A DNA stretch of 53,734 nucleotides from a virus (Duplodnaviria; Caudoviricetes). The notes beneath the pieces were generated by a model that was given only the letters and a program-made list of their open reading frames with translations, did not search any database and was not told the DNA's origin. This document shows, in pieces, positions 43,511-53,714 of the stretch. Numbering within the stretch: the stretch's first letter is position 1; each line of letters begins with the position of its first letter. The translations under genes were made by a program, and so were the position numbers. The stretch lies in IMG/VR virus record IMGVR_UViG_3300003691_000007, positions 1-53,734 of that record; one strand, given 5' to 3'.

Positions 43511-44950
43511 TTAATTAAACGCGCCATTAATAAAATCGTCAACTTCTACTTTACTTGCGGTCGGCTTGCCCGCAGCAACTCCACCCACCTTCTCTTCTAC
43601 TTGCGGTGGGTTTTCACGGACTATCGCCCCGCCTTGTTGCTGTTGCTGAGGTTGAGGTTGTCGCTCTTGCCCTTGCTGCTGGCCGGCAATTTCCATCATT
43701 ATCCCGAAATACTGTTTTGCAAGTTTTTCAGTCTCTTCCTTAGTAAGCCCACCAAATATACTTTTACCGCTAGATACCGCTAACGACATTGATTTTTGAG
43801 CTAGTTTCTGCCTTATCTCTTTAGGGTTTGTTCCTTTCTTATAGCTCTCTGCTTCAATTGCCATTTGCCTTGCTGTTTTCCGGTCAAGTCCTGGCGTTGA
43901 ATCCATTAAAGACTGCTCCAAAAATTGAATATTTTTCATCTGGGCAGTATCTCCGGCTTTGTGCTTTCCATAAGCACCATCCAAAACCTTTGACATTGTG
44001 TTAGGTCTAAACATAAGAAAGCCCATATCCTTATCGCCATCGCCATAAAACATTTCGTCAAAGGTTGTTTGTATTTTCTTACCCGATGGATCGGTAACAG
44101 TCCACGTACCATCCCCATTATCAACCGGCATCTCAAAATTAAGGCCATCAGGAACATAATCCCGATGATATTCAAACATCGGTATCAGAGATTTAGTTTG
44201 TACGGATTCAGCATAGGTTTCATCCCACGCTTTCGTCATAACAGCGTCTTGCTCCTTCCTTGTTCCTGCCATCCACTCCCTCTCTGTTTGGGCCGCATTA
44301 GACTCATGGACCTGCTGACGATAATTGTTGTTTTTTTCCTGGTGCTCAATCAGGTCTTCAGCGTTTTTTGTCTGATATGTTGTGTGCAGAGTTGCAAGGT
44401 AGTTCTCACCATCCTGGTTCTCTAAGCTATGCTCTGACTTCTTTTGATCGTAATCAGTTTTATTTCTTTCTATCGCTTGTTCTTGCGACTGCTGCGACCA
44501 ATCTTCATTTTTTTGATCTAAGTCGATCTGATTCCCTACCGTTGCAATTTCATTTACTACTGGTTGTTGATTAAGGTCATGAGCGCTCTTCCCGGCTGCG
44601 AGGTTTGCTTGATCTACTGCTGCTGGATTATTTATATCTCTCAATGCGTTCTTTTGTGCGATATCTCCAGGCGAGTTATTAAGGTTATTCGTCTGATCTG
44701 CAATACTCACTTGGCTTTTCAGTTGCGCCAATTCCTCAGTAAGCATCCTGTTTTGCTGAATTATATCTGCCGCCTCCAGGTCTTCCTCTTGACCACGCAA
44801 AAGCGCCTGACGATTCCCCTCACGGACCGGGGCATTGTCGTTGTATTCATCTTCCTTAAGCTGCGCTCTTCTTCTTCGCTCCAATCTATCCTGCGAATCC
44901 TGAAAGCCTTTTATTGCGCCTCTTGCTGCGCCACCTGTACCATAAGCCAT
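43511..44950 (-). CDS. Internal virion/ejection protein
   Basis: Start moved to ATG 44950 (GGAGGAGG SD; MAYGTGGAARG); Q/N/E-rich and helical; between the small ejection protein and the giant protein. Confidence 0.7.
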   Translation of the reverse strand: MAYGTGGAARGAIKGFQDSQDRLERRRRAQLKEDEYNDNAPVREGNRQALLRGQEEDLEAADIIQQNRMLTEELAQLKSQVSIADQTNNLNNSPGDIAQKNALRDINNPAAVDQANLAAGKSAHDLNQQPVVNEIATVGNQIDLDQKNEDWSQQSQEQAIERNKTDYDQKKSEHSLENQDGENYLATLHTTYQTKNAEDLIEHQEKNNNYRQQVHESNAAQTEREWMAGTRKEQDAVMTKAWDETYAESVQTKSLIPMFEYHRDYVPDGLNFEMPVDNGDGTWTVTDPSGKKIQTTFDEMFYGDGDKDMGFLMFRPNTMSKVLDGAYGKHKAGDTAQMKNIQFLEQSLMDSTPGLDRKTARQMAIEAESYKKGTNPKEIRQKLAQKSMSLAVSSGKSIFGGLTKEETEKLAKQYFGIMMEIAGQQQGQERQPQPQQQQQGGAIVRENPPQVEEKVGGVAAGKPTASKVEVDDFINGAFN

Positions 44951-44954
44951 TATA

Positions 44955-45707
44955 TTAACCTCCTCCAAACAAAACATCGTCTGACATTGCGTCAGTGTTC
45001 ACACTTGTTGATCCAGCGCTCGTGCTAGATGATCCGCTACTAAACATGTTATCCCAATCAAAACCACCGGCAATATTTCCTAGAGTTTCACCCCATGCGG
45101 CAGAATCGTTAGCGTTCCGTCCTGTTTGTTGCATTTGAGTAGAAGACACGCCATTTAATGTGCTCCCTGCTCCAGCCAGCAAGCTACCAGAGTTAGAATA
45201 AAGAGTGTTTGCATTACTCATTATTCCACTACCTATTCTCGAGGCTCCAAGTTTCTTATCAAAATTAAGCCTCTCGGTTTCAGCCCGGCCTTTATTCATG
45301 TTTCCAACAAGAGATAATGCCTTGCCTTGTTTGTTTTTACGAGTAGCCTCTTGGCTCATTCCATCGTATGAAGACACGCCTCTACGCTGTAACGCTCTAC
45401 GCTGCTGGTCTTCAGAGCTATCAAACGCATTAGAGTTGTCTCGCGCTATTGCGGTGAAGTCGGTTTTATCGTCCTCCATCGCATCACGAGCAATAGCTTG
45501 GTTTATTGGTGCAAAGTCTCTGTTGTATTGATCGTATTGCTCGTCACCTCTAGTCCTCATATCGCTGGACATTGACTCTTGTTGAGTTGCAATATTCTCT
45601 CGCCCGGCTTGAATCCTGGCTTGCTCTGCTGCGTCTGCCTTTGCTTGTTTTCTTGCTTTGCTACCGCTGAACAAGCTAACCGCGCCACCTATTAAAGCAC
45701 CCCACAT
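44955..45707 (-). CDS. Small DNA ejection (pilot) protein
   Basis: MWGALIGGAVSLFSG Gly/Ala hydrophobic N-terminus and A/Q/S-rich helices, like P22 gp7/T7 gp14-position proteins. Confidence 0.7.
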   Translation of the reverse strand: MWGALIGGAVSLFSGSKARKQAKADAAEQARIQAGRENIATQQESMSSDMRTRGDEQYDQYNRDFAPINQAIARDAMEDDKTDFTAIARDNSNAFDSSEDQQRRALQRRGVSSYDGMSQEATRKNKQGKALSLVGNMNKGRAETERLNFDKKLGASRIGSGIMSNANTLYSNSGSLLAGAGSTLNGVSSTQMQQTGRNANDSAAWGETLGNIAGGFDWDNMFSSGSSSTSAGSTSVNTDAMSDDVLFGGG

Positions 45708-45717
45708 GGTATTTCTC

Positions 45718-47622
45718 CTATGCTCCTAATGGAACAGTTGTTTGCATCATAAAAAAAGTTTGTTTAGCTATCGACCAATTAAGAACACTTGGCGAACCAT
45801 CAAGATTAAGAGGTCTAACAAGTCGTGCTGTAGCCCTTATTGTTCCGCTCCCCGCTGAAACCATTATAACCGGAGTTGCTGTAGCTCTGTTTAATGATGG
45901 TCTTATCTGCTCAACCCACACAACTGAGTTATCAACAAGAATTTCCAATCTATATGCGCTGAGTTGGTTGTCGTTCTTGCTTACAACTACGCAGCACACA
46001 ATAGCTACTTGAGTAGTTGTTATTCCTGGGGGTAATTTTACATCAAAAGAGCCAGTACCAGAAGGAACCGTAAGTTGGCCAGAAGGTAGGCTCAAAGTAC
46101 CGCCAAAAAATGCGTGTCCATTGTTATCCACGTAGAATGTGGAGTTTGACTTGCTTGGTGATTCAGTCGATGGGCCACACCATAAGCCGAAACCACCGCC
46201 ACCAATTTGCACTGTTTTTTCATCGGTCCTGAATCGTCCTGCTCCAGTAACAAACAAGTTACCAGCAAGTCTTAATGTTCCGTTCTGCTCAAAATAGAAT
46301 ACGCTATCACTTCCACCTATTGAGTTTTTACCGAACCATATAGGGTATTGGCCGCTATTTGAGTTAATGCCTGATATCACTACCCTGTATTGGCCGGCAG
46401 CATCGCTTGTAGCAATGGTATTTCCTATAACTCTGTTTGCCTCAAGAAGTCCGGTCCATACTGAATTTGCGTTAATCTGGTCTGCACCAATAGTCTGAGC
46501 CTGGATTGAATTAGCCGTAATTGTTCCATCGACAACTAACGCACCATTAATGCCAACAGTTGAAACACCTCCAACGGTTGAAACAATGAAAGGGATGATC
46601 GATGAACCATCTTCATCAACAATAGGCGATGCAACGGCAAAATTTTCTGCTCGGACCACAAAGGAAGATGATGTGGAAATGTTTTGCCCTGTATATGGGT
46701 TTAACGTCACCAAGGAGGATATGCCAAAACCTACAACGTATCCATTTGTATCAAGCCTTACCGAATATTCACTACCAAACTCTGTACCCGGTCGATTCAC
46801 ACCAATACTTGCATTTTGGCTTATAGCGGCATAAATATCTGTAGCCGTCTTCACTTGAGCCAGGTTAATCCTGCTTTGAACGCATGTAGAGTAAATTATG
46901 TTAGGATTATCAGGATCGCAATCAACCAGGTCTATCCGGTCGTTAAGCGACTTAAATATCTGACTTTCTGTTATTTGGCCCTCTAAAACATCAAGAACAT
47001 ACTCAGGATCATTTGCGGTTGTACCGTGTATTCCTATTGATCCCTCGTTAGGCGTAAACAATCCTATTTCTGTTTCATCGTCTATCGTAAAGCCTACCCA
47101 TCTTATCCAATACCACCTTTCACCCTGACCTTGCTCATGATCGTCACCAGGCCGATAAAGCCCAACACCAGTATGAGTAAAAAAGCTACCAGGTGAGGTT
47201 CCTATCGATACTGCATCTACAAAATTTGGCGTGGTTGATGCGTATACCTCAGTGTATGCAAACTGTCCTGTCTGCGGCCAATCCCACAATATGCGGATAC
47301 CATCCCATAAGGATAAGGTTCTTACGTTCTGATGTGAATCTGGTATCTCTGTGTCAGAAAAATCCGGTGGAGTTAAAAAGCCACCACCAGGATCACCGCC
47401 AACTTCAGGAGGAAGGATAACACCGGAACCACCGGACGGATCATAAGTAGCTAATCCACCATCTTTCAGATCACGAAAAGACACAAAGCTATCTAAATGC
47501 TCACCAGTTATACCGAAAGCCTGGTCCAATCTTTCCTTTGTTGCGTTAAACACCCGACCAACGACACCGGACTCATTAACTTTAGGAATAGATTGTATCT
47601 GCTGCTTTCTCACCTTAGACAT
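45718..47622 (-). CDS. Tail tip/fibre protein with FN3-like and DUF1983 (lambda J-like) regions
   Basis: I.W...YTEVYAS, RWYWIRWV; YSVRLDTNGYVVGFG...FVVRAENFAV...PFIV...DGTIT. Confidence 0.75.
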   Translation of the reverse strand: MSKVRKQQIQSIPKVNESGVVGRVFNATKERLDQAFGITGEHLDSFVSFRDLKDGGLATYDPSGGSGVILPPEVGGDPGGGFLTPPDFSDTEIPDSHQNVRTLSLWDGIRILWDWPQTGQFAYTEVYASTTPNFVDAVSIGTSPGSFFTHTGVGLYRPGDDHEQGQGERWYWIRWVGFTIDDETEIGLFTPNEGSIGIHGTTANDPEYVLDVLEGQITESQIFKSLNDRIDLVDCDPDNPNIIYSTCVQSRINLAQVKTATDIYAAISQNASIGVNRPGTEFGSEYSVRLDTNGYVVGFGISSLVTLNPYTGQNISTSSSFVVRAENFAVASPIVDEDGSSIIPFIVSTVGGVSTVGINGALVVDGTITANSIQAQTIGADQINANSVWTGLLEANRVIGNTIATSDAAGQYRVVISGINSNSGQYPIWFGKNSIGGSDSVFYFEQNGTLRLAGNLFVTGAGRFRTDEKTVQIGGGGFGLWCGPSTESPSKSNSTFYVDNNGHAFFGGTLSLPSGQLTVPSGTGSFDVKLPPGITTTQVAIVCCVVVSKNDNQLSAYRLEILVDNSVVWVEQIRPSLNRATATPVIMVSAGSGTIRATARLVRPLNLDGSPSVLNWSIAKQTFFMMQTTVPLGA

Positions 47623-49651
47623 TTGATAGCCCCTTCAATTCTTCCACTGTCTCGGCTATGTGTATTCCTTGAAGCTCGACATTACCGTATACCTCAATAG
47701 ATACATCATTATATTGACCTGGAGGAAGTCTGAATATGCCTAGTCTTTCTGAATAGCTTGTCCCACTAAATGTTTTGGCGAAAATAGTTTCTGTGTTAGC
47801 GGTTCCAACTTTTTTTACTCTTAGGTATAAAGCAAATTTATACCCACTTACACCCACGCCATCACCATCTACAGAGTAAGGAGTTCTGTCTATAAATACC
47901 TCGGCAGCGCCAAACGACACCTGCCTTGAGAAAGAAAATGTTTTAGATACCCATTGATATTGTTTCGGCACTCCATAGCCAGTATCAAACTTCATTATGT
48001 CCGTTGGCGTGTTGTAAAATTTGCTCGATAGATACAAGATACCATCATCACTTACGTCAACCGTACCATCTATCCTTGCGTCAAGAAGGTATCCGTATAT
48101 AAGATGACCATTTTCCGGCTCATACTTCGTTATAACTAGGCCTTTATCTTCCTGATACTCAAATATTGTTGTCCCTATTGGTGTTGAAAGAAAGTATTTC
48201 CCATCATAAAAGGTGGCCGCTACTGCATTTGCAGCATAACTAGACACCCAATCACGCCTAGATATGTAGCTCTTTGTGACATTTCTTGACCCGTTGTTAG
48301 AAACAAGCTCAAGACCATAGTTTGATACAAAAAATACCCCGCTACCGGCTGAAACCATCGATCTTTTATAAAGACATATACCGGCCCCCTCAATCTTATC
48401 GTAGCTAAAACTCTCAGGATCAGCACCAGAGCCGACATAAGTAGCTGTTTTCGTACAGATAACAAGGTTATAACCGTATTGAGCTATGCCGGTAATGGGC
48501 GAATCAAGTCTTTTCTTGTATATCTCAGGCCAGGCATAAGGAACATCGGGCACAGAGAAACATAATTCATTGCGTGAAAAGCCAACCATAAAGCCATTAG
48601 GCATTAACAGTAAGCCGTCAAGGTCAGGCTCAGGAAGATTCCAATCATTAGATGGCAGTATCTCGCCTATGGATGCGGCATCAACACCATCAGTAAAAAC
48701 AGCTTGAGAGGCATTTATCTCACCGACAAAATACAAATCAGCGCCAGAATCACCGGAAAATGACCTGTAAATCCTTTTCTTTGTCCAGTTAAATGTACCT
48801 GTCAGTCCGTCAACCGTTTTAGACATTGATGGGCTTGTTGCTGTAGTTACACTAACGATAGAGCCATCACCAACATCAACAACTAGCGATACATCAGATG
48901 GCGCAGACTCTTCACCCCAATCAGTTACGTTTGTTGATACATAAACCCTAGATTTTATCTCAGACTCTTTATACACCCTTTTCCATGATCCAGAAGATGA
49001 TGTAGATATTATCTCTGTATCATTAAGAGTGAAGGAAGATGCGTCAACCTTAGTTATTGTGTACTCACCACCATCAAGATTTTCAATTGAAGTGTTTGAT
49101 ACAGATACTCTATTGCCGGTAGATAGGCCGTGAGGGAATACGCTGTTTACTATAGCAACACCACTGTCAGCACTAATGGAAACTGATGATATGATGTTAT
49201 CAGGAAGTTCAGCCACAACAGCCAACGGAACAGAAGTAGGCGCTGGTACGCCAAGTTCTCTGACATTTGTTGGCCATGTGTTGTGTCCTGACGTTGATGC
49301 AGCAAGAGCCCTGTTTGTAACTTTTGGCCATCCTGTAGTGAAGTGAGGAGATGCTTTATAGCTCACCTTATTCATCGAGAAGTATATTCTCTCGCTTTCA
49401 TCATCAGGAACCGGACCGCCAGTTATATCAGCATCAAGATCAAAAAGAATTGTGGCTCCATCATTGAACCTATGAAAAGAATACACGGGTGCTGTGTGAG
49501 GAGTAGACAATTCAAGTAATTCAGGACGGTACGACCGAACATCACCATCCTCTATCTTTGTGTTTACCGCTTTCGTGGCCTCGGCATTAGACAGTTTTTT
49601 ATTATTCTGTATTGGTCTTATCCCGGAAAACCTATCTATCTTTATGTGCAT
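47615..49651 (-). CDS. Tail nozzle/DNA-stabilisation protein (beta-propeller)
   Basis: RVYVST.VT.WGEESAPS, KRIYRS, GLLLMPNGFMVGF..NELCFS....YAWP; start probably ATG 49651 (track gives 49660). Confidence 0.75.
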   Translation of the reverse strand: MHIKIDRFSGIRPIQNNKKLSNAEATKAVNTKIEDGDVRSYRPELLELSTPHTAPVYSFHRFNDGATILFDLDADITGGPVPDDESERIYFSMNKVSYKASPHFTTGWPKVTNRALAASTSGHNTWPTNVRELGVPAPTSVPLAVVAELPDNIISSVSISADSGVAIVNSVFPHGLSTGNRVSVSNTSIENLDGGEYTITKVDASSFTLNDTEIISTSSSGSWKRVYKESEIKSRVYVSTNVTDWGEESAPSDVSLVVDVGDGSIVSVTTATSPSMSKTVDGLTGTFNWTKKRIYRSFSGDSGADLYFVGEINASQAVFTDGVDAASIGEILPSNDWNLPEPDLDGLLLMPNGFMVGFSRNELCFSVPDVPYAWPEIYKKRLDSPITGIAQYGYNLVICTKTATYVGSGADPESFSYDKIEGAGICLYKRSMVSAGSGVFFVSNYGLELVSNNGSRNVTKSYISRRDWVSSYAANAVAATFYDGKYFLSTPIGTTIFEYQEDKGLVITKYEPENGHLIYGYLLDARIDGTVDVSDDGILYLSSKFYNTPTDIMKFDTGYGVPKQYQWVSKTFSFSRQVSFGAAEVFIDRTPYSVDGDGVGVSGYKFALYLRVKKVGTANTETIFAKTFSGTSYSERLGIFRLPPGQYNDVSIEVYGNVELQGIHIAETVEELKGLSNV

Positions 49652-49802
49652 CCTGTTCACCTTCTTTTATAAGGTTGTTATTTATAATCTTTATCGCTTC
49701 ATTAATCGCACCAATCATCGGCTCTTTTGCCGACTGCGGCAATGTTTGAACAAAATCTTGTGATACGTTGGCGATTAACTGTATTGCTTCATCTAAATTC
49801 AT
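49632..49802 (-). CDS. Small helical protein (56 aa, not in ORF track)
   Basis: ATGA overlap with the upstream stop, AAGGA SD; MNLDEAIQLIANVSQDFVQ...; fills the gap. Confidence 0.7.
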   Translation of the reverse strand: MNLDEAIQLIANVSQDFVQTLPQSAKEPMIGAINEAIKIINNNLIKEGEQDAHKDR

Positions 49803-50113
49803 TTATCCTTTACCTTTATTTCAAATTCATGTTCACGAACACGACCATCGTCAGTAGTTATGACGCTAGTCACTTTGTAAGTTGTGCCATCATCACCACC
49901 ACCAACCCATATTTTAAAAGAAGTTGCTGGAGTGTTAAGTAAAACTGTTTCCGGGTGCAGCCCTGGACCTAACAAAAGGTCATTTACACCAGTATTTCCC
50001 TCGATTGTTGCGACAACAGAGGCAATACCATCACCAGGTAACTCTTCAAAGTGATCTTCCATCGATACTTCATAATCAATAATTTCACTTGGCTGTTTTT
50101 TCTTAGTTATCAT
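49799..50113 (-). CDS. Fibre-tail adaptor-like protein
   Basis: KQPSEIIDY...KIWVGGG.DG.TYKVT..ITT.DGR..E.EF.I.V. Confidence 0.75.
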   Translation of the reverse strand: MITKKKQPSEIIDYEVSMEDHFEELPGDGIASVVATIEGNTGVNDLLLGPGLHPETVLLNTPATSFKIWVGGGDDGTTYKVTSVITTDDGRVREHEFEIKVKDK

Positions 50114-51990
50114 TGGAACACCATTGTATTGTCGTATTCAGTTAGTTCCATAATGGAATCATCTGGATTGAAGATCATTGTCCTATCATCAGGGGCATGA
50201 GCAAAAAGGTTTGTTGATATGCCACCAATCATTGTCATTGATCCACCCATAGAGCCTAGCGAATATGCTGCGTTATACGCGGAAGATGAAACCTCGCACG
50301 TTGAATCAATGGAAGTGTCATTGGCGTTTATAAGAGCGTTCACATTTGCCGATGAATCCATTTCCATGTCAACTTCGGTTGAAGTGAAGAAAGAGGCGCT
50401 TGTGCTAAACGCAACAGACATATCACTATCTAGGTCCAGGTCGCTTACCGGGCGTGTAGCCTTGATGCTCCCATGACTTATATTCAGTGATCCGGCCAGA
50501 GATGAAGACACCAATCCTGTTCTATCTTGATTTCCTGGGGATACGCTTAACGTGTCGCTCATGCTTGCGCCAGTAGATACAGCGTTCCTTAGTGGGTTCG
50601 ATTCAATCTCTGACGTTGGGCTTAGCGTAGAGTTCCCTCTAGCCGCCATTATTGTTCTGCTACCAATAAGAACTGTTGAGTTTAAGTTAGCTTTACCAGA
50701 CAAAGGGCTATCATCAATGATCGCAGTACCACCTAACAACGATGAAGACTTGTAGACTGCGCCCGGTGTTGCCGATACATCAGAAACTAACAAAAGAGGG
50801 TTAACTTCTGCATAATTAGCGCCTATGAAGTTGATTCTCATTCTCAGTCCTGACAGCCTTACGTCTTCATCCATAGTTAGGCCGAAAGTTATACCAAACT
50901 GACTGCTATTCACTTCAGATGGAGTTATTCCAGGCTGACCCCATTGCGCGATAGTCCTCGATGTTTCTGTGTTTGAGTAAACATCAGTTATCCCATTAGG
51001 TAGATACAAAAGATAGTTGCTGGCCAGCGGATCATTTGGGTTTGTATAGTAACTAATATCAGGATCACTAGCCCAATTAAGAGTAGTTGTTATCCTTGAT
51101 GCCGGGTCAATGTATGGCCTACCATCAAGAAGTAAAGCGTATGTTATATCACATAGCCCTGACGGTATTATATTTTGAGGATTGAAAATAGTGTCCGTAT
51201 TGTTCGGTCTGTTAGAATCAATATGTATATCTATGGATTGAATTATTGCGTCTTCTGGTATTTCAAAATCGAAGCCGTACAGGTCTGTTTGGGCGTAATA
51301 TTGATTACCTGGATCATCATCCAGAGCCTCGGCATAATCAGCAACGGTCCTATATATATTGTCTCTAGTGGAAACAACCTTATCAAATAGCGCCCAAGTT
51401 GTTTCACTGTTTGAAAACTCAACGTATTTTACAGTTTTTGATCCCTCTTCGTATGTAAACCCGGTAGAAGTTACATCGAGCTTTGTGCCATCATCAAACA
51501 CAATGAATGTTTTTACTGCGCCAACAGATAGATTTGCAGAGAAATAGACGGTTAAGTACGGTTCATCATTTACCGGCCTCAAGAAAAACTCTTGAGTTAT
51601 TCTTTGTCTTATTGCGGCTCGTCCGTTAAATCCAGCAAACAGCGTGACAACAATAGGCCCGCCAAGCACATGAGGATAAGCGGTAACAATGCCAGTTCCT
51701 TCAGTCACAACTTCCCATCCAGTTATGTTTGGATTGTAAGTGTTTTCAGGCTCATTCATGGTAAAATCGCCATTAGTTAAAAATAGCATATTCTCCATTG
51801 TGGGATTTTCTGTGGTTGTATAGTCAAGCAGAGCGTCCGCATTGGTTATCTCCCTGTTTACAGGGTCATGGCTTACATATTTTGGTGACTTCCATCCAGT
51901 ACTAGCCATAATTTTTTCCTCGAAACTATCGTAAAACACGCCTCCCATAGCGAGAGGCGATAAAGCAAGCAGCAATAATACTCTTATCAT
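50110..51990 (-). CDS. Virion structural/fibre-like protein
   Basis: 626 aa; beta-rich N-half, S/T/A-rich C-half; alternative start at 51909. Confidence 0.6.
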   Translation of the reverse strand: MIRVLLLLALSPLAMGGVFYDSFEEKIMASTGWKSPKYVSHDPVNREITNADALLDYTTTENPTMENMLFLTNGDFTMNEPENTYNPNITGWEVVTEGTGIVTAYPHVLGGPIVVTLFAGFNGRAAIRQRITQEFFLRPVNDEPYLTVYFSANLSVGAVKTFIVFDDGTKLDVTSTGFTYEEGSKTVKYVEFSNSETTWALFDKVVSTRDNIYRTVADYAEALDDDPGNQYYAQTDLYGFDFEIPEDAIIQSIDIHIDSNRPNNTDTIFNPQNIIPSGLCDITYALLLDGRPYIDPASRITTTLNWASDPDISYYTNPNDPLASNYLLYLPNGITDVYSNTETSRTIAQWGQPGITPSEVNSSQFGITFGLTMDEDVRLSGLRMRINFIGANYAEVNPLLLVSDVSATPGAVYKSSSLLGGTAIIDDSPLSGKANLNSTVLIGSRTIMAARGNSTLSPTSEIESNPLRNAVSTGASMSDTLSVSPGNQDRTGLVSSSLAGSLNISHGSIKATRPVSDLDLDSDMSVAFSTSASFFTSTEVDMEMDSSANVNALINANDTSIDSTCEVSSSAYNAAYSLGSMGGSMTMIGGISTNLFAHAPDDRTMIFNPDDSIMELTEYDNTMVFQ

Positions 51991-51999
51991 ATCTCAACC

Positions 52000-52410
52000 T
52001 TATGAAAGCGTTATTGTGATCTCGTTCTGTGGAAACGTGATTGTATCCGAAACAGCAAGTGTCTTTGCTGGAGATAAAGCACCATGCATTAGCATGTTTC
52101 CACCACTTGAGGCGGTCCATAAACTCATGTGAGTGATTGTTACACTACCATCAGCAACAGCCGGAAAAGTAATCACGTTATCATTTGTGACGTATCCACC
52201 CGTTGCATGAGGAACCGTAAAACCATCGGAAACAGACGCGGAGTGCATTTGCTGGCGCGTATAAGCCGAATCGGTAATCTCGTTTGCAGTTGATGAATCA
52301 GTCGGGTCGGCAGTATGCAAAGCAAGGTAAACAGCGCCACCAGTATAGCTAGTGCCTCTAAGTACCGCGTTCAACAGTTCTACTTCTAAATAATCAGACA
52401 TTGCAGCCAT
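52000..52410 (-). CDS. Tail structural protein
   Basis: MSDYLE..LLN..LRG......VYLALHTADP...E.....Y.RQ...ITH..LW.A.SGGNML pattern. Confidence 0.8.
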   Translation of the reverse strand: MAAMSDYLEVELLNAVLRGTSYTGGAVYLALHTADPTDSSTANEITDSAYTRQQMHSASVSDGFTVPHATGGYVTNDNVITFPAVADGSVTITHMSLWTASSGGNMLMHGALSPAKTLAVSDTITFPQNEITITLS

Positions 52411-52422
52411 TTTGTGTATCTC

Positions 52423-53064
52423 CTAGAAAAAAGGTTGGTTATATCCGGTAGGACTAGCAGTAGTGTTTTGTCGTTCTACTATTATTTTGCACCGGGACAT
52501 TTCAGCGAAAAAATCTTTTTCGTACTTTGAAGAGAGCTTGGAGTTTCCCCAGGGCATCGATATTTGCTCTAAAGCAAGGTATCTAGCACCAAGAGCAATG
52601 GCAAAACCCCATGTTTCTACAAGTTCTCTATCTAATTTCTTTGCGCTAGGCGATGGAATGTAAGCAACACGCATATCTAATGAGTTGGTGTTTGCATAGC
52701 CCTCACTTGGCGCGGGTATAAGCCTTATCTGACGTTGGCCAATACCTACATATTTCTCAGGGGTTCCTTCCACTCGTGCGTAAGCAAAACTAAAACCACT
52801 ATGATTTACAGGTGTTAAAGGATTATTACCGGCCTTTAACCACATAAGCATGTATGGAATTGTGTTGCTACTGACGTTCTCTATGTCGTAGATTGCCTCT
52901 AACGGGTCAAGATCAACGTCTTCAACCGTTTCCTGGCTAATCAGAGTATGCTTTGAAAATTCAATCGCAGATTCAATGACAAGGTTTTTCGCTACCGGGT
53001 CCGGTAATCCAGGAACAACAGAAAGAACCTTAGCTTTTATTTCATCAAAAGACTTAAACAGCAT
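52423..53064 (-). CDS. Head-tail adaptor/tail tubular protein
   Basis: 213 aa; VPG.PDP......ESAIEF, IRLIPAP, AIALGA...L......PW.N. Confidence 0.7.
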   Translation of the reverse strand: MLFKSFDEIKAKVLSVVPGLPDPVAKNLVIESAIEFSKHTLISQETVEDVDLDPLEAIYDIENVSSNTIPYMLMWLKAGNNPLTPVNHSGFSFAYARVEGTPEKYVGIGQRQIRLIPAPSEGYANTNSLDMRVAYIPSPSAKKLDRELVETWGFAIALGARYLALEQISMPWGNSKLSSKYEKDFFAEMSRCKIIVERQNTTASPTGYNQPFF

Positions 53065-53714
53065 TATCCTTTCCTCGCGTAAGCGTCACCCATTAGTTTT
53101 ACAACTGCATCAGCGTTAATCCCAGCTTTAGGAGATACCTCGGCTGCAAAGTTTGCCTTGTGGTAGTTTGCTCGGCCACCGCTAGCATAATCAGCCTCTT
53201 TGCTAAATGCCTTATACAAAATGTACTCAACAGCAGCGGGAGATAGTTCGCTTTCAATGGGCCAGCCTTCCGAAGTTGCTGTAATTACACTAGGTCTGTA
53301 CTTAGCCTTTAAAATAACCGTACCTGGTGTAGCGTCCGGCTGAGGCGGGTATACGTGGCAAGTATCGGCAACATCATCATCGTACATAAAATGAATAACC
53401 TTGGCGTTTTCTTCTTCCTGTACCCATCCAGGATAAGATATGTCAAAGGCCGATCTATCAACCCTCGTCACAACACTACCATCCAAATTTCTCACAACAT
53501 CAAGAACCCGTATAACATTATTGAATGTTTGTTGAGTTCCACCAACAAGCGGGGCCTCAATTGTTTTTACATTGCAAGTTGGAACAATGAGGCATATTTC
53601 AGCAACGGCATCGTTTAGCCATCGCAAAAGCTCTTCATCGCTCCACCTAACACCATTATCATCCTGTAAGATATCCCTACAGGATGATATAACGGTTGAT
53701 ACAGAAACAGCCAT
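53064..53714 (-). CDS. Head-tail adaptor protein (DUF6682-like)
   Basis: ILQD...VRWSDEELLRWLNDA, VYPP, EYILYKAFSKEADY. Confidence 0.75.
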   Translation of the reverse strand: MAVSVSTVISSCRDILQDDNGVRWSDEELLRWLNDAVAEICLIVPTCNVKTIEAPLVGGTQQTFNNVIRVLDVVRNLDGSVVTRVDRSAFDISYPGWVQEEENAKVIHFMYDDDVADTCHVYPPQPDATPGTVILKAKYRPSVITATSEGWPIESELSPAAVEYILYKAFSKEADYASGGRANYHKANFAAEVSPKAGINADAVVKLMGDAYARKG

